Shown here: positions 18,087-27,430 of the stretch, piece after piece | Layout: every line of letters starts with the position of its first letter | How positions within the stretch are numbered: position 1 is the first letter of the stretch | NCBI GenBank assembly: GCA_037447455.1 | Contig: JBBIGQ010000005.1 | Span: 84,888-148,887 of the forward strand | Source of the DNA: Sphingobacteriaceae bacterium | GTDB lineage: Bacteria; Bacteroidota; Bacteroidia; B-17B0; Aurantibacillaceae | Reading direction: 5' to 3' | Length of the DNA: 64,000 nucleotides | Made by a program: the position numbers and the translations under genes | The notes under the pieces: model-generated | The model's input: the letters and a program-made list of their open reading frames with translations, nothing else | Databases searched by the model: none | What the model was told of the DNA's origin: nothing

Positions 18087-21000
18087 ATCTTTTATTTTTT
18101 AATACAAAACGATAGTATAAAATTGGTAATACAAACAGAGTTAGTATGGTAGATGTGATGAGTCCGCCAATCACCACTGTGGCAAGTGGCTTTTGAACAT
18201 TAGATCCAATTCCTGTATTCAGAAACATTGGTAAAAAGCCCAATGACGCTACAGACGCTGTCATTAAAACCGGCCGTAAACGTTTTTTGAGCCCCTTTAA
18301 AATAATTTTTAATGATTGCCTATGTTGTTTTTCTTGGTAACGAAATTCAGAAATCAACACTAATCCGTTTAAAACGACTATTCCAAACAAGGCAATAAAA
18401 CCTACGCCCGCACTCACACTAAATGGCATATCTCTGAAATACAGAAAAAATATGCCCCCAATCACCGAAAGTGGAATTGTTGTAAAAACTAAAATAGATA
18501 CTTTGAGTGAATGAAAACTTAAATAAAGCAAAAGAAAAATCAGCATTAAGGCAAGGGGTACTGTAATTGTCAGTCGCTTTTTAGCCGATTCAAGTTTTTC
18601 AAAACTACCGCTGTATTTAATATAATAACCGGGGGATAAGTGAATTTTACTAACTTTGTTTTTTATTTCGTTGATGATACTTTCTACATCTCTTCCTCTT
18701 GTGTTAAACGCGATAATAATTCTCCTTTTGGCATCTTCTCTTTGAATCTGATTAATATCTGTTTTTATTTTGACATCGGCTACGAGGTTTAATGGTACGT
18801 TGTTTTTATCTGATTGTGGTATAAGAATATCCTCAAACGTATTGTTGTTGTTCATTGGTGTATTTACGCGCAGTATAAGGTCAAACTTTCTTTCGTTTTC
18901 ATAAATTACGCCAACCGGATATCCGACAACCAGTGATTTTACAAATATATTGGCCTCTTTTATGGAAAGATTGTAATATGCGAGTTTTTCCCGGTTATAG
19001 TCAATGACCATTTGTGCTTGTCCGTAAATGGGCTCTGTGTATAGCCCTTCTATGCCATTAATATCTTTTATGATGGATGAGATTTTATGAGCGTATTTTA
19101 CAAGTGTATCAATATTTTCACCAAACAGTTTACAAACCACATCTTGCTTCGTGCCTGCTATTAGTTCATTAAAACGCATTTGCACAGGATATTGAAAGCT
19201 AGTAGAAAGACCAGGAATGCTACTTAACTCCTGCTGCATTTTTTCTGCCAATTCATCAAATGAATGGGCTTTTTTCCATTTTTCCATTGGGCTCAAAATG
19301 ACCATCATATCGGCGCTTTCAATAGGCATAGGGTCGGTAGGAATTTCTCCGCTTCCTATCTTACTTACAATGCGTTCTACTTCATTCGGAAATTTTTGAG
19401 CTAATTTTTTAGATGCTTTCTTACAAAATTCAATAGTTGTATTTAATCCCGAACCGGTCATTAATCTGGTTTCAACTGCAAAATCTCCTTCTTCTAAAAC
19501 AGGCATAAATTCCCCACCAAGAGAAAGCAATACATATATTGATGAAACAAATAATCCTATTATGAGGAGCAGAAGGGCTTTGCTTTTTCTAAAAAAATGA
19601 ATGAACGCTCTTTGATATATTTTTTCTAAACTTGTTATGATATCTTCTGACCAATGAAAGTGAGAAAATTTTCCTGCTTTCGAAATCCATACACACGCTA
19701 CTGGAACATAGGTTAAAGAAAGTAAAAATGCGCCGACTAAGGCAAATATAACTACTTGTGCCATTGGACGAAACATTTTTCCTTCTGTACCTGTGAAATA
19801 CAAAATCGGTAAATACACAATAAGAATAATAAGTTGTCCAAATACAGCGGCATTCATCATTTTGGAAGTGGCAGAATAAACAATAGATTGAATGGATGTT
19901 ATTGATCTGTCATTCTTTGATTGAGATTGCGACAAATAAAATAGTACTGATTCTACAATTATAACGGTACCATCTACAATTAAACCAAAATCCAAAGCCC
20001 CTAAACTCATCAGATTGCCGGAAACTTTAAACGTATTCATACAGATGACGGCAAACAGCATAGAAAGCGGAATAACAGAGGCCACTAACAAACCATAACG
20101 AAGATTGCCAAGAAACACAATCAATACAGCAACGACGATGAAAGCCCCCTCTAATAGATTTTTAAATACAGTTCGAATGGTAGAATGCACCATTTTTGTT
20201 CTGTCTAAAAATGGCTCAATGACAATGCCTTCGGGTAGGTTTTTCTGTATCTCCTGAATTTTTTGTTTGACCTGTTCAATTACATTGTTGCTATTTTCTC
20301 CTTTCAGCATCATCACAATTCCACCGGCTACCTCATACTGTTGTTGGGCATTGTAGGAAGTATAAAAAAGTGCTCCGTATCTTGGCGCCTGTGAGATTCT
20401 GACTTTGGCAATGTCCTTGATTTGAACAGGTAGTCCGGCACTATTCGTTTTCACGACAATAGTTTCAATATCTGAAATGCTTTGTATTAATCCTTCACTG
20501 CGAATAAAATAGGCCAGGTTATTTTTTTCAATGTAGGCACTGCCTGCGTTTTGATTGTTATTTTCCAATGCTGAAATAATATCATTGATGCTAATCTGAT
20601 GAGCGTTTAATTCGTTGAGATTGACTGAAATTTCATATTGTTTGAGATGACCTCCAAAACTGCTCACATCTGCTACACCCGGCGTACCTAATAACTGTCG
20701 GCGAATAATCCAGTCCTGTATTTCTCTCAAATCTTTTAATGAGTAGCGATTTTCGTAACCATCTTTGGGTCTTACAATGTATTGATAAATTTCTCCTAAA
20801 CCAGTAGTGATAGGGGCTAATTCTGCTTTACCTACTTCTGTTGATATTTCACTTTGAATTTTTTGTAACCTTTCTGCCACTTGCTGTCTTGCCCAGTAAA
20901 TATCAATGTCTTCTTCAAAAACAATCGTTATCAGCGAAAGACCAAATCGTGAAAAGCTTCGTATTTCTTGTATTCCTGGAATATTGCTGCACGCCTGTTC

Positions 21001-21207
21001 TATGGGAAAAGTAACTTTTCGTTCAATATCCTGTGCAGCATAAGAGGGGGCAGTGGTAATAATCTGTACCTGATTATTGGTTATATCCGGTACAGCATCA
21101 ATAGGCAATTTTTGAAATTCAAAAACTCCGATAATAACAATGACAAGTACTAAACTTAATACAGCCAATTTATGATTTAATGAAAATTTTATGATAGAAT
21201 CAATCAT
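18073..21207 (-). CDS. CusA/CzcA family heavy-metal efflux RND transporter
   Basis: 1044 aa with 12-TM RND topology. N-terminal LPIDAVPDITNNQVQIITTAPSYAAQDIERKVTFPIE is the CzcA-type signature. Confidence 0.92.
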   Translation of the reverse strand: MIDSIIKFSLNHKLAVLSLVLVIVIIGVFEFQKLPIDAVPDITNNQVQIITTAPSYAAQDIERKVTFPIEQACSNIPGIQEIRSFSRFGLSLITIVFEEDIDIYWARQQVAERLQKIQSEISTEVGKAELAPITTGLGEIYQYIVRPKDGYENRYSLKDLREIQDWIIRRQLLGTPGVADVSSFGGHLKQYEISVNLNELNAHQISINDIISALENNNQNAGSAYIEKNNLAYFIRSEGLIQSISDIETIVVKTNSAGLPVQIKDIAKVRISQAPRYGALFYTSYNAQQQYEVAGGIVMMLKGENSNNVIEQVKQKIQEIQKNLPEGIVIEPFLDRTKMVHSTIRTVFKNLLEGAFIVVAVLIVFLGNLRYGLLVASVIPLSMLFAVICMNTFKVSGNLMSLGALDFGLIVDGTVIIVESVLFYLSQSQSKNDRSITSIQSIVYSATSKMMNAAVFGQLIILIVYLPILYFTGTEGKMFRPMAQVVIFALVGAFLLSLTYVPVACVWISKAGKFSHFHWSEDIITSLEKIYQRAFIHFFRKSKALLLLIIGLFVSSIYVLLSLGGEFMPVLEEGDFAVETRLMTGSGLNTTIEFCKKASKKLAQKFPNEVERIVSKIGSGEIPTDPMPIESADMMVILSPMEKWKKAHSFDELAEKMQQELSSIPGLSTSFQYPVQMRFNELIAGTKQDVVCKLFGENIDTLVKYAHKISSIIKDINGIEGLYTEPIYGQAQMVIDYNREKLAYYNLSIKEANIFVKSLVVGYPVGVIYENERKFDLILRVNTPMNNNNTFEDILIPQSDKNNVPLNLVADVKIKTDINQIQREDAKRRIIIAFNTRGRDVESIINEIKNKVSKIHLSPGYYIKYSGSFEKLESAKKRLTITVPLALMLIFLLLYLSFHSLKVSILVFTTIPLSVIGGIFFLYFRDMPFSVSAGVGFIALFGIVVLNGLVLISEFRYQEKQHRQSLKIILKGLKKRLRPVLMTASVASLGFLPMFLNTGIGSNVQKPLATVVIGGLITSTILTLFVLPILYYRFVLKNKRYENH

Positions 21208-21310
21208 AAAAAATATATTGAAGATTAACTGAAAGGCAATGATATAATCTCTGCTTATGCAGTACCATTGCTATGATAAATAAAGATGAAAGGGGATTAT
21301 TTCCTATCTA

Positions 21311-21685
21311 TTACACTTTGGGCGGATGCCAAATGGCATGATAACTCAATTGTTTTTTAGGTTCGTCTAATAAAATAGGATACTCTGATTTTTTGTGTGG
21401 AATAAGAGTAATTTCTACCTTCTCAAAGATAGATGTGTACAAATGTATGTGTGCACAATTTTGATGGTCTTTAAATGGCAAATTTTGATGTTTGTCAGAT
21501 GAATTGAAATGTTGAATATTATTGTAATGCAGAATAATGAATTCTATAAAATTTATTTTTTCTATTGATTGATGTTCGTAATAATGTTGAATAAGAGAAG
21601 TAAATTTGATGACTTCTTCACCGTCAAAAACAATATCTAACACAACAATAGATATAATAAAATATTTAAAAACCTGTCTCAGCAT
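21311..21685 (-). CDS. Hypothetical His-rich small membrane-anchored protein heading the czcA operon
   Basis: 124 aa with one N-terminal TM (FKYFIISIVVLDIVF) and 11 His residues (HYYEH, KDHQNCAHIH, YHAIWH). Co-oriented and 103 nt upstream of czcA. No family recognised. Confidence 0.5.
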   Translation of the reverse strand: MLRQVFKYFIISIVVLDIVFDGEEVIKFTSLIQHYYEHQSIEKINFIEFIILHYNNIQHFNSSDKHQNLPFKDHQNCAHIHLYTSIFEKVEITLIPHKKSEYPILLDEPKKQLSYHAIWHPPKV

Positions 21686-21691
21686 TGGCTA

Positions 21692-21699
21692 CAAAATTA
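21692..21699 (-). promoter_or_regulatory. Candidate -7 box (TAATTTTG) directly abutting the ATG at 21685
   Basis: The reverse complement of caaaatta is TAATTTTG. Only 6 nt separate the box from the ATG, which implies a leaderless or near-leaderless mRNA. Confidence 0.35.
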
Positions 21700-21881
21700 T
21701 GAAATATTCCTGTTCCAGAAAAAAATGAAAACATTACTGTAAACTTTTTCGTATATTTATTCACGCGTTGTTTTTTTGATTAAGGTGTTCATGAATATAC
21801 TTCAAATGTTACCTAAATCAAGGAAAAATTCTTTTGATTGTAACATTTTTCGTACATTTCCCAAACTAAAAAATTGAAATT

Positions 21882-22409
21882 ATGTTAGGCATTTTACCAC
21901 CCATCAATTTTATGCAATGGATTGAAGAAAATAAAGAATATCTAAAACCTCCTGTCAATAATCGGGTAGTATACAAAAATACAGAATTTATTATAATGGT
22001 AGTAGGTGGACCTAACTCCCGAAAAGATTATCATTACAACGAAGGCGAAGAATTTTTTCATCAAATTAAAGGTGACATTATTGTCAAAATTCAGGAAAAT
22101 GGTAAAGCCAGAGAAGTGCCAATAAAAGAAGGCGAAATTTTTTTGTTGCCACCACGGGTGCCACACAATCCAATCAGATTCAAAGATTCCATTGGGATTG
22201 TAATTGAACGCAAACGAAGAGAAAATGAAAAAGATGGCTTGTTATGGTTTTGTGAAAAATGTAATCACAAACTTTATGAAGAATATTTTCAACTCACTGA
22301 TATTACCACTCAATTTCAAAGAGTATTTGAAAAGTTTTATAACTCATTAGAGTTAAGAACCTGTAAAAATTGTGGTGCTATTTTAGAACCGCCTCCGGTG
22401 ATTGCTTAA
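21882..22409 (+). CDS. nbaC: 3-hydroxyanthranilate 3,4-dioxygenase
   Basis: 175 aa cupin. N-terminus PPINFMQWIEENKEYLKPPVNN, iron ligands in HYNEGEEFFHQ and PHNPIR, and a C-terminal rubredoxin-like CEKC...CKNC site. Confidence 0.88.
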   Translation: MLGILPPINFMQWIEENKEYLKPPVNNRVVYKNTEFIIMVVGGPNSRKDYHYNEGEEFFHQIKGDIIVKIQENGKAREVPIKEGEIFLLPPRVPHNPIRFKDSIGIVIERKRRENEKDGLLWFCEKCNHKLYEEYFQLTDITTQFQRVFEKFYNSLELRTCKNCGAILEPPPVIA

Positions 22410-22420
22410 TCAAATTCTAT

Positions 22421-23002
22421 ATGAAAAAGTTATTAAGCTATTTTTTTCAGGGACTTGTCGTTTTAGTGCCTGTCATAATTACTTTGTATATTATCCTTAA
22501 AATTATTTCTATTTTCGTTGATTTCTTTGTCTGGATTGGTATTACCGGAAATCTTATTTTAGATGTTTTAATTGGATTAGTAGTGATGGTATCTTCGATA
22601 GTTGGAATGGGCGTGATGGCTTCTAATTATTTTTTTAGCAATGTGATGCAGTTTTTTGAACATCGGTTTGAAAAATTACCATTGATTCGGCATATCTATT
22701 CACCAATAAAAGATTTTACAGAAGCATTTGTAGGCAATAAAAAGAAATTTAAATATCCTGTTTTAGTTCAGATTTCTCAACAAAGTAATTTCAAAGAAAT
22801 TGGATTTATTACTCAGCAAGATTTATCCCAATATGGATTAAACGAATATATTGCCGTGTATTTGCCTTTTTCATATTCTTTTGCCGGCCGTATGATTTTA
22901 GTGAAGAAAGAATGTGTAGAACCTTTTTCTCAAAATCCTACTGATACTATGAAATTTGTGATTTCAGGAGGTATTTATGAGATAGAAAAAAAGAATTTAT
23001 AA
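22421..23002 (+). CDS. DUF502 family membrane protein
   Basis: 193 aa from ATG 22421 (the track's TTG/GTG-extended start at 22370 overlaps the previous gene). Two TM helices then EKLPLIRHIYSPIKDFTEAF, which matches my recollection of the DUF502 core. Confidence 0.7.
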   Translation: MKKLLSYFFQGLVVLVPVIITLYIILKIISIFVDFFVWIGITGNLILDVLIGLVVMVSSIVGMGVMASNYFFSNVMQFFEHRFEKLPLIRHIYSPIKDFTEAFVGNKKKFKYPVLVQISQQSNFKEIGFITQQDLSQYGLNEYIAVYLPFSYSFAGRMILVKKECVEPFSQNPTDTMKFVISGGIYEIEKKNL

Positions 23003-23040
23003 ATTATTTCCACTCGGTTAGTTCTCTATTAGTTTTTCAT

Positions 23041-23048
23041 TATTTTTA
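23041..23048 (+). promoter_or_regulatory. Candidate -7 box variant (TATTTTTA) for carB
   Basis: 7/8 match to TAnnTTTG, followed by CCGCC. It lies 16 nt upstream of the ATG at 23064. Confidence 0.3.
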
Positions 23049-23063
23049 CCGCCTAAAAATTAA

Positions 23064-25877
23064 ATGAAAGGTGAAAGTATCAAGTCCGTCTTAATTATTG
23101 GTAGCGGACCTATTATCATCGGACAGGCCTGTGAATTTGACTATTCCGGATCGCAGGCAGCCCGGAGTTTAAGAGAAGAAGGCATAGAAGTTACACTCAT
23201 CAATAGTAATCCGGCTACTATAATGACAGACCCGGTAACGGCCGATCATGTGTATTTGTGGCCATTAGAACCAAAGTATATTGAAAAAATTTTACAGGAA
23301 AGAAAAATTGATGCCGTGCTACCTACTATGGGCGGGCAAACGGCTTTAAACCTTGCCATGAAATGTGAAGAGTTGGGAATATGGCAAAAGTACAATGTCC
23401 GAATGATTGGCGTGGATATTAACGCTATAAAAATCACAGAAGATAGAGAACTATTTCGTGCCAGAATGGAAGAAATTGGTATTCCTATGGCATCTAGTAA
23501 AATTGCCCGTTCGTTTTTAGAAGGAAAAACAATTGCACAGGAATTTGGCTTCCCTTTGGTTATTCGCCCATCCTTTACATTGGGTGGAAGTGGTGGTAGT
23601 GTGGTGTATAGTAAAGAAGAATTTGATGTTGCCTTAAATCGCGGATTACAAACATCCCCTATTCATGAAGTGTTGATTGACAAAGCAGTCATTGGTTGGA
23701 AAGAATTTGAGTTAGAAATGTTACGAGATAAAAATGATAATGTAGCGATTATATGCTCTATTGAAAATTTTGACCCAATGGGAGTACATACAGGAGATAG
23801 CATTACGGTAGCCCCTGCCATGACTTTGAGCGACAGAACATATCAAAAGATGCGGGACATGGCCATCAAGATGATGCGTAGCATTGGAAATTTTGCGGGT
23901 GGATGTAATGTGCAGTTTGCTGTAAGCCCTGATGAAAAAGAAGAAATCATTGCGGTAGAAATCAATCCTCGTGTGTCACGCTCATCAGCACTTGCTTCTA
24001 AGGCAACCGGTTATCCCATTGCAAGAATAGCTAGTAAATTAGCAATAGGATCTACATTAGATGAAATTCAAAATCAAATTACAAAATCAACCTCTGCTTT
24101 TTTTGAACCAACTCTGGACTATGTGATTGTAAAAATTCCAAGATGGAATTTTGATAAATTTAAAGGAGCTAATCGTGAACTGGGCTTTCAAATGAAATCT
24201 GTTGGAGAAGCCATGGGCATTGGAAGATGTTTTCAGGAAGCATTACAGAAAGCCGCACAGAGTTTAGAAATCAAGCGCAATGGACTCGGAGCCGATGGAA
24301 GAGAAATTACAGACCAAAAAGTACTTTTGGAAGCATTGAAAAAGCCCAGTTGGAATAGATTGTTTATGATTTATGATGCCATAAAACTTGGCATTTCTAT
24401 TAATACTATTCATAAATTAACACACATTGATATCTGGTTTTTGAAGCAAATTGAAGAACTCATTGCATTAGAACAGGAAATTCAAAAATATACATTGGAC
24501 ACAATCCCCAAAGAGTTGCTTTTAGAAGCCAAGCAAAAAGGTTATGCGGATAGACAAATTGCACATTTATTAAGATGTTTAGAAAGTGAAGTGCACAAAA
24601 AAAGAAAAGAATTAGGTACAGGAAGAGTATTTAAACTGGTAGATACTTGTGCGGCAGAGTTTGAAACCAAAACCCCTTATTATTACTCAACATTTGAACA
24701 AGAAAATGAAAGCATCGTTTCAGATAAAAAGAAAGTAATTATTTTAGGAAGTGGGCCCAATCGGATAGGGCAAGGGATAGAGTTTGATTATGCTTGTGTA
24801 CATGGTGTGCTTGCGGCACAAGAATGTGATTATGAAGCTATCATGATTAATTGTAATCCTGAAACAGTTTCCACAGATTTTAGTGTGGCGGATAAGTTAT
24901 ATTTTGAACCTGTTTTCTGGGAACACATTTACGATATTATTCAGCATGAAAAACCGGAGGGGGTGATTGTTCAGTTGGGTGGACAAACGGCTTTGAAACT
25001 GGCAGAAAAACTGGATAGATACGGCATTAAAATTTTCGGAACGCAGTTCAAAGCTTTGGATTTAGCAGAAGACAGAGGCAGTTTTTCAACACTTTTGAAA
25101 ACTTGTAATATCCCGTATCCTAAGTTTGGTGTGGCCGAAGATGCTGACCAAGCCCTGAAAGTGGCCAAAGAACTGGGTTATCCGTTGTTGGTAAGACCAA
25201 GCTATGTTTTGGGTGGACAAAGCATGAAGATTGTGATTAATGACGAAGAATTAGAACAGCATATTGTCAAATTATTACAGGACATTCCGGGCAATAAAAT
25301 TTTGTTAGACCATTTTCTGGAAGGGGCTATTGAAGCAGAAGCCGATGCTATTTGCGATGGAGAAGATGTATACATTATTGGTATAATGGAACATATTGAA
25401 CCGGCGGGCATTCATAGTGGGGATAGTTATGCTGTATTACCCCCATTTGATTTAAGCGATGAAGTCATTAAAACGATTGAAAAATACACGCACATCATTG
25501 CGTTAGAATTAAAAACAGTAGGGTTGATAAACATTCAGTTTGCCATAAAAGATGGGGTGGTGTATGTGATTGAGGCCAATCCTCGTGCTAGCCGTACAGT
25601 TCCCTTTATAGCCAAGGCCTATCAGGAACCTTATATTAACTACGCTACTAAGATCATGTTAGGACATAATAAATTAAAGGATTTTAAATTTAATCCCAAA
25701 AAGAAGGGGTATGCGATTAAAATTCCGGTATTTAGTTTTGATAAATTTCCTGAAATTCAAAAAGAGCTTGGTCCAGAAATGAAATCCACGGGGGAAGCCA
25801 TTTACTTTATTGATGACTTACACGACGAATATTTCCAGAAAGTATATTCAGAACGGAATTTGTATTTGAGCAGGTAA
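23064..25877 (+). CDS. carB: Carbamoyl-phosphate synthase large subunit
   Basis: 937 aa with duplicated ATP-grasp halves (IIGSGPIIIGQACEFDYSGSQA and ILGSGPNRIGQGIEFDYACVH) and VIEANPRASRTVPF. Confidence 0.96.
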   Translation: MKGESIKSVLIIGSGPIIIGQACEFDYSGSQAARSLREEGIEVTLINSNPATIMTDPVTADHVYLWPLEPKYIEKILQERKIDAVLPTMGGQTALNLAMKCEELGIWQKYNVRMIGVDINAIKITEDRELFRARMEEIGIPMASSKIARSFLEGKTIAQEFGFPLVIRPSFTLGGSGGSVVYSKEEFDVALNRGLQTSPIHEVLIDKAVIGWKEFELEMLRDKNDNVAIICSIENFDPMGVHTGDSITVAPAMTLSDRTYQKMRDMAIKMMRSIGNFAGGCNVQFAVSPDEKEEIIAVEINPRVSRSSALASKATGYPIARIASKLAIGSTLDEIQNQITKSTSAFFEPTLDYVIVKIPRWNFDKFKGANRELGFQMKSVGEAMGIGRCFQEALQKAAQSLEIKRNGLGADGREITDQKVLLEALKKPSWNRLFMIYDAIKLGISINTIHKLTHIDIWFLKQIEELIALEQEIQKYTLDTIPKELLLEAKQKGYADRQIAHLLRCLESEVHKKRKELGTGRVFKLVDTCAAEFETKTPYYYSTFEQENESIVSDKKKVIILGSGPNRIGQGIEFDYACVHGVLAAQECDYEAIMINCNPETVSTDFSVADKLYFEPVFWEHIYDIIQHEKPEGVIVQLGGQTALKLAEKLDRYGIKIFGTQFKALDLAEDRGSFSTLLKTCNIPYPKFGVAEDADQALKVAKELGYPLLVRPSYVLGGQSMKIVINDEELEQHIVKLLQDIPGNKILLDHFLEGAIEAEADAICDGEDVYIIGIMEHIEPAGIHSGDSYAVLPPFDLSDEVIKTIEKYTHIIALELKTVGLINIQFAIKDGVVYVIEANPRASRTVPFIAKAYQEPYINYATKIMLGHNKLKDFKFNPKKKGYAIKIPVFSFDKFPEIQKELGPEMKSTGEAIYFIDDLHDEYFQKVYSERNLYLSR

Positions 25878-26032
25878 GGGAGTAGAGTTGTACAAGTGAT
25901 AAATTAAATTTTGGAATTTTACAATTATTATCCACTTTGTTATTGACTGTCAACCAGTCCTGAACTTGAATAGAAGCACAAATCCCTAACTTTGCCAGTC
26001 ACCCCGCCTGACGTAAAACCAGCGTTATCAGG

Positions 26033-27405
26033 TCATTGTTCTTCTTTTTCAATTTTGTTAAGTTTATCTGTTAATATTCTTTTTGTCTCATAAATACTGT
26101 CTTTTTTTAATGGAACACCCAAAATCAAAATTGTATTTGTCGTTTCATTAATTCTATTTTTGTACTGAATACTTTTTAATTCGATTTGGTCTGAAGGCTA
26201 ACAAAGAAACCCGAATTTAAAATCTGTCTTACTAAATGATAAGTAAGCTATAATCTGATGTAAGTCGTGTCTGCGATCTTCTTTCAGTACTTCATTTTGA
26301 TAAAACTTGTTATATAAATTAGATTTGTATTTAGCGTCAATAACCCCAAAAATATTATTCTTCTGATAAATTGCATCTGGCTCTACGTGCTTTAGTCCCC
26401 ATGAATAATGCTTTGAAGTACTAGAATGAAACTTGAAATTTGTATGAAGACGCCCACCTGTTTCTTTCGCAACCTCTTTAAATTTAAAAATATGTTGGAT
26501 AAATTTTTCAAATACATTTGAAAAGTCAACACGCCAAGCGGTGCTGTCTACAATCTTAAAGTTTAAAATTCTATTAGTTTGTTCCTTGCAGGTTTTCACA
26601 GTTGGGCTGTCGGAAAACCGAATTATGATTTTGTTGGTTGCTTTTGGTTTATGATGGTACAGACCTTCTTCAAGAAAACTCAGTTTGTTGCGCAAAGAGT
26701 TCTTAATTCTTTGCGGTGTATTTGCTGAAAGTAGTTCACTTTTACATATATCAAAAACATATCTAATTTCAGATATTCTGTATGAAACTCATTTAAAACA
26801 TTTTTTCTTGTTGGAAATTTTAACCTGTTCTCAACTTTGTATTCGTTGTTAATGTATTTTGTCCAATTTATTTGCCCTGATGGCTCACTTGAAAGTTTTT
26901 CAATATTCTCAAACTTTCTCCACGGCTTCATTGTAAGTTTTTCAAGTGCTGCTATGAATTTAACTGCCTCTAAATACAATGGCGGCCTGAAATTCTTACC
27001 TGATACTAACGGTAAACTGTCAATGACCTCTGGACTGATTTCAGTAACTAGAAGATTTAGAATTTCGATGTAGTCCTCAAATCTGTTGCACCCAGTAAAC
27101 CTATGCATAACTACAAAATCACCAATTTGCTTTCCCGTATCAGGAGCCCTTAATGGAATAGAACCAATGAAGCCAGATGAACGGAAAGTTAAAGCTGTGC
27201 TTTGGTCTGAACCAATTATATTATGGATGTACACCTAGAAATTTAAATTGCTCAGAGTTGTAGTTTATGAATTTTTGTAGGTATTGTGCAATATACCTTT
27301 TATCTGCCTTCGGGAACCATTTTTTTGCAAAACGATTCCGCTTAACTGTTTTGATTGTTCAGTCAAGCAAGGAATTTCGCAGAAAACATCTAAGGGCTTT
27401 GTCAT
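26033..27405 (-). pseudogene. McrC-like PD-(D/E)xK nuclease gene, multiply disrupted
   Basis: Track ORFs 26680..27234 and 26198..26695 lie in different frames but read as one protein. The nuclease core is VEPDAIY-x12-VIDAKYK followed by DLHQIIAY. An in-frame TAG at 26198-26200 is followed by 54 more open codons (PSDQIELKS...KIEKEEQ) to TGA 26033-26035. Upstream, ATG 27405 opens a frame that appears to shift out at a T7/A7 run (27320-27326) and back near 27235. Confidence 0.6.
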
Positions 27406-27430
27406 TCGAAAAGAGATAGATTTATTCTTG

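Noticed and set aside
25940-25948. 9-bp match TTATTGACT at both edges of the carB-atpB islet (25940-25948 and 28279-28287), considered as a possible target-site duplication
   Set aside because: It is too short and AT-rich to distinguish from chance. The right-hand copy also overlaps the -33 region of the atp promoter.
25943-26032. Patch somewhat more GC-rich than its surroundings (…CCAGTCACCCCGCCTGACG…) just beyond the pseudogene stop. On the minus strand it stays open for about 29 codons (PDNAGFTSGGVTGKVRDLCFYSSSGLVDSQ).
   Set aside because: It could be a remnant of another islet gene or an attachment site. It is too short for any motif or structure call, so I cannot support a feature.
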